From a virus (taxonomy: Duplodnaviria; Caudoviricetes): a stretch of DNA of 64,000 nucleotides. The stretch is from positions 16,985-80,984 of the IMG/VR virus record IMGVR_UViG_2619619259_000001; one strand, written 5' to 3'. Every line of letters begins with the position of its first letter. Positions within the stretch are counted from its first letter, which is position 1. Under the pieces are notes generated by a model. That model saw only the letters and a program-made list of their open reading frames with translations. It made no database searches and was not told the DNA's origin. Shown here one piece after another: positions 8,533 to 16,192 of the stretch. The translations under genes were made by a program, and so were the position numbers.

Positions 8533-9039
8533 ATGACATTAGACGCTGCAACCCTACAGATGATTAGTAACGTTATTGTTTTTTTTGGTGTAGTTGTCGC
8601 CATTTTCACAATTATCTACAACGTTCGTACCGCAAAAAAAATTCAGACAGCCAACTTCTTGTTTGAAAGTCGCCAAGATCTTCAATACATAGAAGCACTG
8701 CACATCCTTAAAAAAGTACATCGCTCAGGAAAATCCTTCCGGTCTTACGTTTTCCCATCAGAAGGAGGGAAAATATCCGAAGACGAAATGGTTGAACGCC
8801 GCAAAATCCAGTACATCCTGAATTTTTATGAAAGAGTAGCAATCGGCATCGACAATAATATTTATGATGAAACAATGATAAAGAGGACATCATTCACTAC
8901 TGTTATAGAAACGTATGACATTGCCGAACCGCTGATCAAGGCGATTAGAGAGAACATTAAATCAGACAGTACCTATCAAGAATTTGAATGGCTGGTTAAT
9001 CGTTGGAAGAGCGATCCGCTAAAGAAAAGTAGCTATTAA
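8533..9039 (+). CDS. DUF4760-like membrane-anchored protein
   Basis: N-terminal TM; ILNFYERVAIGI...YDE..IK and YQEFEWLVNRW. Confidence 0.7.
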   Translation: MTLDAATLQMISNVIVFFGVVVAIFTIIYNVRTAKKIQTANFLFESRQDLQYIEALHILKKVHRSGKSFRSYVFPSEGGKISEDEMVERRKIQYILNFYERVAIGIDNNIYDETMIKRTSFTTVIETYDIAEPLIKAIRENIKSDSTYQEFEWLVNRWKSDPLKKSSY

Positions 9040-9069
9040 AATACTTTTGATGAGTGGCCCAAAAAGGGC

Positions 9070-9597
9070 CTATTCCCCATCAGGTTCCCACGCTTCGCTA
9101 AATTCGTCATTTTCAAATAGTTCAGCCAATCCTGATATTTGTTTCAGCCTCAAAACCTCATCGGCATCCATCCCTAGTTCTTTTGCTATTTTTTCATCAC
9201 CCCAATTTCTGCGTGACAGTTCAATGACAATGTCACTCATTGAGCTGATCTTATGTTTACCTCTTGCTCTGTTGTGCCTGATCGTTGATGCCATACGATC
9301 GCTTCTTTCGGTACTGGACTTGTTTACGACAACCACCGGCAAATGAGACATTTTCTTTTTCTTGCCAACCAAGTTACGGTGATAGCCGTCAATAACTTCA
9401 TAATGCCCATCAACTTCCCATACAACTATCGGCTGAGTATATCCATCAGCATCAATACTCGTTTCAAGCAATGCCATCTCTGGTGGCGCCACACTATTGG
9501 GGTTGTAATCATTGGCAACCACCAGCTCAGAACGAACCCATATAACATGACTAACAGGATGATCTAGAATCCAGTCAGGGAGTTTTTCTTCTTGCAT
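9070..9597 (-). CDS. ibrB: IbrB-like ParB/Srx-domain protein
   Basis: HPVSHVIWV, ANDYNPNSVAPPEMALL..SI..DGYTQPIV, IDGYHR, RMASTIRHNRARGKH, LGMDADEVLRLKQISGL; start taken at the internal Met (MQEEK). Confidence 0.85.
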   Translation of the reverse strand: MQEEKLPDWILDHPVSHVIWVRSELVVANDYNPNSVAPPEMALLETSIDADGYTQPIVVWEVDGHYEVIDGYHRNLVGKKKKMSHLPVVVVNKSSTERSDRMASTIRHNRARGKHKISSMSDIVIELSRRNWGDEKIAKELGMDADEVLRLKQISGLAELFENDEFSEAWEPDGE

Positions 9598-10796
9598 TCG
9601 TCTCGCTCCTTTTTCTTTCTTTTCATATATTGTTCGTAATGAAACCCATGTTTTGTTTGAGTAAATGACAATCCCTTGGCCCAATAGTCATTTTTTAACA
9701 GCATTTTTGCGATCCTTCGCCAGGACGGTGCCTTCTTTGCCGCCTCTTCCTTCGGGTCAGCTTCATCGGGTATTCCGTTAGGGAACCCCTTTCTTGCATA
9801 CCATCCTAAAAACGTGTGTATTTTGTTTTTATAATGCTCTGACATGTGATCGGGTAGGCTAGCTAAAATGACCTCGCAAAATGATTGCCAGGTATGGCCA
9901 TCCGGTTTTGATATTTTCACCTGCCCGCTACCATTTCCGCTCAGTTTTACAAACTCTGAACCGCTATTTACCCCAGCCACACGAGCAACAACACGTGACC
10001 ATGTTTCTGGCTCAATAACATGGTACAACCATAACCCCTTACGCTGATCGTCTCCATACGGCTGGCAGATGCGCTGTTGATGTATGGATAGCCCAGCTCG
10101 GTTCATTAGGTCGTATAACCTGTTATACGATTTCTTAAACTTGCCAACATACGTCCATATATCCGTTGTTTTCCAGTCGTATAATGGATAAGCGTTATAG
10201 ACAAAGCTTTTATAAAGTTTCGTTGTCCAACAATGATTTTTAAACGTTTCTTTTTTCTTGTTGCTGATGGTTCTGTACCTATTAAGACTTTCATCCGTTC
10301 GGATACCAACAAAACACGCACAGGGCATATTATTTGAGTACCATTTACCGAATTCTGGCACGAACTCTTCAAACTCCATCCCTCGCTTGAAAAAAGGGAA
10401 GTAATCTTCATCAATGATTGAGCGCGAGTCGGGTTCTCTAACCCATGACGATTTACTATCTGGATCCCAACAAAGCCATTTGGGTTCATAAACACTAACG
10501 GCATTTCTTAATGCGATAGGTAGCGCCACCCAATACAGTTCTATAACGTCACTGTACTCGTTGAGCATTTCATCTATATGCTCGATCGTGAGTTTATATT
10601 GGGCCTCAAGGTCAACAATCAGAACGGCAAATTTAACCCCCCTTTTTCTTGCCTCTGTTGCGACAAGATGCAACATGACGGAACTGTCTTTCCCTCCCGA
10701 AAATGAAAGGTAGATTTTAGGAAATGCATCAAAAACTTCAGAAATTCGCCCCTGCGCCGCTGTAAGCACATCTATACAAAGTCCTCTTTTAGCCAC
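9564..10796 (-). CDS. ibrA: IbrA-like PAPS-reductase family / DUF3440 protein
   Basis: PP-loop SFSGGKDS, GIRTDESLNR, YPLYDW...DIW, YNRLYDLM, QRICQPYGDDQR.GL, PSWRRI...L.NDYW. Confidence 0.9.
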   Translation of the reverse strand: MAKRGLCIDVLTAAQGRISEVFDAFPKIYLSFSGGKDSSVMLHLVATEARKRGVKFAVLIVDLEAQYKLTIEHIDEMLNEYSDVIELYWVALPIALRNAVSVYEPKWLCWDPDSKSSWVREPDSRSIIDEDYFPFFKRGMEFEEFVPEFGKWYSNNMPCACFVGIRTDESLNRYRTISNKKKETFKNHCWTTKLYKSFVYNAYPLYDWKTTDIWTYVGKFKKSYNRLYDLMNRAGLSIHQQRICQPYGDDQRKGLWLYHVIEPETWSRVVARVAGVNSGSEFVKLSGNGSGQVKISKPDGHTWQSFCEVILASLPDHMSEHYKNKIHTFLGWYARKGFPNGIPDEADPKEEAAKKAPSWRRIAKMLLKNDYWAKGLSFTQTKHGFHYEQYMKRKKKERDECKKKNSLTGF

Positions 10797-11200
10797 TTTG
10801 CCACCTCCCTTAATTCATTGATAGCGGCACGCGTTTTACTGCCAGAGAAAGAATTCATATCCATATCTAAAAGACTTTTCTTTGTGTACTTCTGAAATAT
10901 GGATAGCTGAATAAAGACTTCGTTCTCTTTTGCATCAAAAAAGGAGTTATCATAAAACCTAACTGGTAACAGGCTATTTTGACTCCAAATTTTAAAATAG
11001 ACTCTAATTACTCCATTTTTGATGTAGATTGAGGGGGCTATCACCGCCCTCAGTTTTTCCGTGCCTTTAATGAAGGCCGCAACCTTGAGTGCTTCAGATT
11101 GCGATATACCTTTATCAAAAACGATGAAATCCGCGAAATCAAAAAGATCTTGTTCGTTTACCAAAGAATTCACCCGTTGCGTAGTAATTGGCCATAACAC
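10772..11200 (-). CDS. Hypothetical protein within the Cas8-like/ibrAB operon
   Basis: Overlaps both neighbours; no recognisable motif; start uncertain. Confidence 0.55.
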   Translation of the reverse strand: MLWPITTQRVNSLVNEQDLFDFADFIVFDKGISQSEALKVAAFIKGTEKLRAVIAPSIYIKNGVIRVYFKIWSQNSLLPVRFYDNSFFDAKENEVFIQLSIFQKYTKKSLLDMDMNSFSGSKTRAAINELREVAKWLKEDFV

Positions 11201-12299
11201 TAGAAATTGCGTCTCTTCTTTGTTTAGAGAGGCTTAAAGTGTTTTCTGGAATCATCTCTTGGTAAACATCAAACGCCGCTTCGCCCTCATCCATTCCAGA
11301 TAGAAGCCGCGCAGCCATATTCTTTCTCGCATCTACAACGCAACCCGCATCGTATTCAGTAGGTTTATTGCTTCTGCCTTTCAATTGCCATGTAGCCTTG
11401 CTTAACTGCATCAGCATTTTACGGGGGAAAGCCTCCCGTAACTTAAACCGTTCGTGCACAACCAATTTCAAGCTGGCTTTATCATAAAACGTACTGAAAC
11501 ATAGAATGTCATCGCCTATTTTGGCATTCTCAGTAATGGAAACTGGCGGTATAGCAACGGCGCTATCAAATGCGGCTCCATCCATGATGTCGATTAGAGT
11601 TTGAGTCGGGGTAATTGCATATTTTCTGCCTGATATTGTTTGTGCTAAATGAGGGTTTTCCACTGGATCAGGCCGCTCAGCCAGACCTTTTTTATAAAAA
11701 TGGGTGATGGTCGGTTTTTCACTACCACAGATCCCACATGGAATATCGCTGTTTGCATCATCAAGCCAGTATTGGCAGGCTTCTGAGAAATAGGCATTGA
11801 TAGCTTGCTTTTCTTTAGTCAGATTGGCATTAACCGTTTTTTCTACCGTATCTTTTATTATCAGATAAATAGCGTTATGGAATAAACGTGCGGGATAATA
11901 TCCCTGCCCAGCAGCACCAGCAAATTGGGATTGCGTATACAGTGCGATATGGGCGCATTCAGTACACATAGCAGCACAGCCACCGCGCTTAACAAAGAAG
12001 TCAGTATTGTGCTTTATAGCGTTCGCGCCAGGTGATTCCAGCAATAGGGTTCCAATAGGGAATAATTTTCCTTCTTTTGCTGAGACTCTTTGCAGGAATC
12101 GAGTTGGGTTATCGCCTAATGATTCAACGTAGTCAGTGTTTTTTAGCCCTATCAGTAACAACTTAATAGCAAAATCAAAATCGCTTCTCCCTGTACTAAT
12201 CGATAACTCGGAGAGAGATTGAACCTCAGAGACAGAACAATGCGACCGCTTTCCGCCAACGACTACGGGTATCCATGCATCAGTCAATATATTCATCAC
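11139..12299 (-). CDS. Stand-alone, shortened type I-E Cas8e (Cse1/CasA) homologue
   Basis: MNILTDAWIPV N-terminus, R.DFD.A...LLIGL, RFLQ, LLLESPGANAIKHNTDFFVKRG, CTECAHIALY.Q...AGAAGQGY, second CGICG, NPH; same motif order as in Cse1. Confidence 0.75.
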   Translation of the reverse strand: MMNILTDAWIPVVVGGKRSHCSVSEVQSLSELSISTGRSDFDFAIKLLLIGLKNTDYVESLGDNPTRFLQRVSAKEGKLFPIGTLLLESPGANAIKHNTDFFVKRGGCAAMCTECAHIALYTQSQFAGAAGQGYYPARLFHNAIYLIIKDTVEKTVNANLTKEKQAINAYFSEACQYWLDDANSDIPCGICGSEKPTITHFYKKGLAERPDPVENPHLAQTISGRKYAITPTQTLIDIMDGAAFDSAVAIPPVSITENAKIGDDILCFSTFYDKASLKLVVHERFKLREAFPRKMLMQLSKATWQLKGRSNKPTEYDAGCVVDARKNMAARLLSGMDEGEAAFDVYQEMIPENTLSLSKQRRDAISSVMANYYATGEFFGKRTRSF

Positions 12300-12708
12300 G
12301 ATAATCCCCCTCTCCTTCTCCTAACTTAGAGTATTTTTCTGCAATAGCATGCAGGTCTAATAGGTTAGTTGTTTCATAAACATGATTGTTAACATCATCA
12401 ATGGCAGCCATTCGATACTGGATGTCGCTATAGGTATAGTGATCAACAATGGCATGGATCATTTCCAGCGTAATACCATCTCCGCTAACAATGTTGTTTT
12501 TAGCGTATTCCACCCACTCATCGAGCAGACCCTGCGAATGAATAAAGACAAGGATTCGAATAGCTGTATCTGCAATAGCAGAAGGCATCGCAGTGCCATC
12601 TCTCCAATTGTTATACGTAGACCGAGTTACATGTAACGCACTAGAAAAATCAGTGTGGGTTTTAAACCCCATTCGTGTTCTATATTCTTCCATTTCTTGC
12701 GGCGTCAT
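12280..12708 (-). CDS. XRE-type HTH regulator (Aca-like position)
   Basis: MTPQEMEEYRTRMG..T.TDFSSALHVTRSTYNNWRDG..P; first gene of the operon. Confidence 0.7.
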   Translation of the reverse strand: MTPQEMEEYRTRMGFKTHTDFSSALHVTRSTYNNWRDGTAMPSAIADTAIRILVFIHSQGLLDEWVEYAKNNIVSGDGITLEMIHAIVDHYTYSDIQYRMAAIDDVNNHVYETTNLLDLHAIAEKYSKLGEGEGDYRDEYID

Positions 12709-12719
12709 ATAGTTCCCCT

Positions 12720-12774
12720 TTGCAATGTCATACTAAGATGAAATCAATATGTACCATATCGGAACACATTGCAA
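12720..12774 (-). promoter_or_regulatory. Promoter with palindromic operators for the HTH-cas8-like-ibrAB operon
   Basis: Minus strand TTGCAA-17-CATATT; TGTTCC-GATAT-GGTACA palindrome between the boxes; outer inverted repeat TTGCAATGT/ACATTGCAA. Confidence 0.5.
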
Positions 12775-13006
12775 CCCCCTACCCCACCACTTTTCTTAGG
12801 CTTAATATGATTTTAGACCCGACAAATGAACTTATATTATTGATATATATTGTTTTGTCATTTGATTAAATAATCAAAAGATAAAAAAATAAAATGATGT
12901 ATTTGTTTTATGATTTATTGATGTTAGCATCGTTTTGTCAAATGATTAATTTGTATTAACATCAATACATGTTAATCTTCTTTTATCATTATCACGTGCT
13001 TAAGGG

Positions 13007-13636
13007 ATGGAATGTATGAAGGTGATCTCGTTTATTAACCCGAAGGGTGGGACAGGCAAAACAACATCGGTGATCAATGTTGCAACCTGCCTAGTGAATA
13101 GCGGTTATAAAGTTGCTGTTGTTGATACCGATCCACAGATGAGCCTGACGAACTGGAATAAAAACGATAAGGCTAACTTCGATGTTTACACAGCATCATC
13201 AGAGAAAGACGTTTATCAGGTAAGAAAAGATTTGTCTGGGTATGACCTCACGGTTATTGATGGCGCAGGTTCATTATCAGTTATCACATCGGCCGCAATT
13301 ATGGTGAGCGACCTCGTCATTATTCCTGTTAGCCCATCACCATTAGATTTCTCGGCATCCAGTAGTGTTGCAGCGGTACTTGAGGCCCAAGCCTACAGCC
13401 GTAAAGTTGAAGCTAAATATCTCATCACAAGAAAAATTGATAATGCAGCGATGTTAACCTTGTTGAAGGACAGCATTGATGAAACAGGTTTAGGTCGATT
13501 TAAAACGGCCCTGACCAATAGGCAGACCTATGTTAAAACCTGCGTTGACGGCAACACCGTATTTGATACAAAGGACGGCGCTGCAAAAGGTGAGGTTGAG
13601 GTTTTGACAAAAGAAATTATTGATTCTTTGATGTAA
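13007..13636 (+). CDS. parA: ParA (short type Ib, ParF-like) partition ATPase
   Basis: Deviant Walker A PKGGTGKTT, VDTDPQ, VIIPVSPSPLD; about 209 aa with no N-terminal HTH. Confidence 0.9.
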   Translation: MECMKVISFINPKGGTGKTTSVINVATCLVNSGYKVAVVDTDPQMSLTNWNKNDKANFDVYTASSEKDVYQVRKDLSGYDLTVIDGAGSLSVITSAAIMVSDLVIIPVSPSPLDFSASSSVAAVLEAQAYSRKVEAKYLITRKIDNAAMLTLLKDSIDETGLGRFKTALTNRQTYVKTCVDGNTVFDTKDGAAKGEVEVLTKEIIDSLM

Positions 13637-13691
13637 TGATGATTTTATCATAAAATTAAATCATCATTTGAGATTATGAGGAAAGAAGATT

Positions 13692-13925
13692 ATGGCGCTA
13701 GTCCCACAGTCTAAAAATAAATCAGTAATGCCATTTGGTGATCATGAACATCGAGATCTAAATCGTATTATTGCTGTCGACCCAAATAAAAAACCTCGTA
13801 GAATTCAAGTTGAAGTTGAGGACTCTATCCACGCAGACTTTAAGGTCGCTTGTGCCAAGAAGGGCGTGAATATGAAAGAGGTCATTACTGATCTGATTAA
13901 AAATTGGGTTAATCAAAATAAATAA
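13692..13925 (+). CDS. ParG-like ribbon-helix-helix centromere-binding protein
   Basis: RRIQVEV...HADFKVACAKKGVNMKEVITDLI..W; follows parA. Confidence 0.8.
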   Translation: MALVPQSKNKSVMPFGDHEHRDLNRIIAVDPNKKPRRIQVEVEDSIHADFKVACAKKGVNMKEVITDLIKNWVNQNK

Positions 13926-14009
13926 TCATCATTTGATGAAATAATCATTTCATCAATCAATAAAACCCTCATATGACTGTATGAGGGTTTTATCTTTATA
14001 ACCCTTCCC

Positions 14010-14066
14010 GCTTTTGAGCTTTTGAGCTTTTGAGCTTTTGAGCTTTTGAGCTTTTGAGCTTTTGAG
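14010..14066 (+). repeat. (GCTTTTGA)x7 tandem repeat; candidate centromere
   Basis: Perfect 8-bp-period array just downstream of the par operon. Confidence 0.85.
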
Positions 14067-14224
14067 TGAATGATAAATACATCATTTGTTATGATCATAT
14101 AACCCTTTAGTAAACTTAAAAGATTTCAAATCAAAACTGTTGCGTTAGACAACACCACTTTCGCTATTCTACTGGCGTGAAAATGTAAATCTGATGGCGC
14201 GATCCTTGATTTTAAGGACGCAAA

Positions 14225-16141
14225 GTGAACGAAACCGATATCAAGCCATTTAATGAGCGCATGGCTGACATAGCTATCCGTGCCGGTAGTGTGCTGGGAT
14301 TTGCTAGAACCCCACAGTTTGATGATAACAAACTATTCATCCAAGACCCTGCTACACGTCATTCTAAGATTGTATCAGCAGCATGTATGGACCCCATTTT
14401 TGAAGGAGTTAACCCTGATGCCGTTGGCATGATCGCTTCAGGGTGGGCTTCTGCACTCGCCGAGTACGCCAACAAATACAATTCCATGCCACGCCCAGAG
14501 ATATTAGCGGCATCTCATAAGTCTTTGGAAAACGTGATCCGGTCAATGACCGAATCGGTGCCTGGTTCCAAAACTACCACGCAGAAAATGCTAGAAAGCG
14601 TCTCTAAAGACATGGGGACCAGTGAAGGCATTCTTCGCCAGGCTCAATTTATGGCGATGATTCTACCAGCAGCTCTCGGCGCAGCCACCAGCGACGCATG
14701 TACATTTATTCCATGCGACCGTGACGAAGCATTGGTTTATGAAATCTATAACGTCGCTGCAAGCGATTTTGGTGATTACCAGATTGGTGACCGCCTGAAT
14801 ATGCAATCAGCTGGCGCGTATTCGCAGTTACGCCGTCCATACATCCTAAAAGAAGACCAACAGCCTGACGGTTCAAAAACCACTTTCAACTTCAAGATTA
14901 ACGAGCACGAACGCAAAGATATGCCTATACGCACTAATCGCGTGAATATATTTGTCGATCGTGTCAAATCGAAGAACGATGATGGCGACGGCAATATCAT
15001 GACGTCGTTTACTGGCACCGACGGTAAAGAAATCACAATTACTGGGAAAATTGATTATAAAAAAGGGACCATTTCATTAACGTCCGCAGTTGCGCTTCCA
15101 GTTGGTGTTGAGTTAGCCGTAGAAGTTGAAATCAACATCGAAAGTTCCGCTGAATTAATCCCAACGATCAACCACGCAATGCGCAAATACGTACTGTCGC
15201 CATCAGCCTACGTTCTGGCAGCTGAGCACACCGTTCAGGCGTTACATGACGGATTACGTGAGTTTGGTGTCGATCTTGGTAGCATGCAGTATCGAGCACT
15301 ACGTGACTTCCTCGCTCATGAGATAGATATGACCCGTTTACGCACTATGTTGTGGCGTAATAAATGGACTGATACGTTCGATATTTCGTTGCCAGAAACG
15401 CAATCATTTGAACAATGGGCATATCTATTTAAAGGTAAATTACACCGCGTTTCTAACAACATAGTTAACCGCAATCTTGCCTCTGGAATGGTTGGTGCCT
15501 TTGCGGGTGCAGATGCTGCAAACTTCATCAAGCAACTACCTGCATCTATGTTTACCCCAGCCGACAATTATCGCCAAACCCCGCATGTACAGTTTGCAGG
15601 TACGTTATTTGGTGTTTACAAAATTTTCGAAATACCACAGGCCGTCTGTGATTCATTCAACCAAATGGGTGTCAAATTCGATTCAGAGTCAATGCTGTGC
15701 TATGCACGCGGTGACGGTATAGCACAAGCGGGATTTGTTACAGGTGACGCTGTTCCAGCCATTCCGTTTGTCCATCCTACTAACCCTGCCTTGGTTAACA
15801 GAACTACGCTATGGGGTTCCGCAATCAACGATCTGCATCCACGAAATGGTGCGGATTACTTCTGCTTGTTAACGCTGACATCTGCGAAGGTCGGTTCTAT
15901 CGATTACCGCACTGGTAAAAAAATTACTGGTGATGCTTCACCAGCTTCTTTTGCAATATCGGCGAACTTGACCAGTGATGCTACTGATGAACAGAAAGTC
16001 GATCTGGTGAAAGATTCAGAAACAGACACTTCCAGCACTAAATCGTCCAACGATAACTCATCAGAAAACAACAATTCTGGCGGACAAGGCGACGCTAACA
16101 CTGCAGTTCCTACTGCCAAAGCCACCAAGCCACAGAAGTAA
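14225..16141 (+). CDS. Major capsid protein (P1 gp23-like)
   Basis: ILPAALGAATSDACTFIP and GDAVPAIPFVHPT..LVNRTTLWGS..NDLHPRNG motifs; first gene of the late operon next to par, as in P1. Confidence 0.8.
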   Translation: MNETDIKPFNERMADIAIRAGSVLGFARTPQFDDNKLFIQDPATRHSKIVSAACMDPIFEGVNPDAVGMIASGWASALAEYANKYNSMPRPEILAASHKSLENVIRSMTESVPGSKTTTQKMLESVSKDMGTSEGILRQAQFMAMILPAALGAATSDACTFIPCDRDEALVYEIYNVAASDFGDYQIGDRLNMQSAGAYSQLRRPYILKEDQQPDGSKTTFNFKINEHERKDMPIRTNRVNIFVDRVKSKNDDGDGNIMTSFTGTDGKEITITGKIDYKKGTISLTSAVALPVGVELAVEVEINIESSAELIPTINHAMRKYVLSPSAYVLAAEHTVQALHDGLREFGVDLGSMQYRALRDFLAHEIDMTRLRTMLWRNKWTDTFDISLPETQSFEQWAYLFKGKLHRVSNNIVNRNLASGMVGAFAGADAANFIKQLPASMFTPADNYRQTPHVQFAGTLFGVYKIFEIPQAVCDSFNQMGVKFDSESMLCYARGDGIAQAGFVTGDAVPAIPFVHPTNPALVNRTTLWGSAINDLHPRNGADYFCLLTLTSAKVGSIDYRTGKKITGDASPASFAISANLTSDATDEQKVDLVKDSETDTSSTKSSNDNSSENNNSGGQGDANTAVPTAKATKPQK

Positions 16142-16192
16142 TTTCATTAACCAAAAGCGCCCTAATTAGGGCGCTTAGATAGGGCTTAAATA

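Noticed and set aside
13913-14098. 61-aa minus-strand ORF with KAQKLKSS repeats
   Set aside because: Translation of the 8-bp tandem repeat; no other sign of a real gene.
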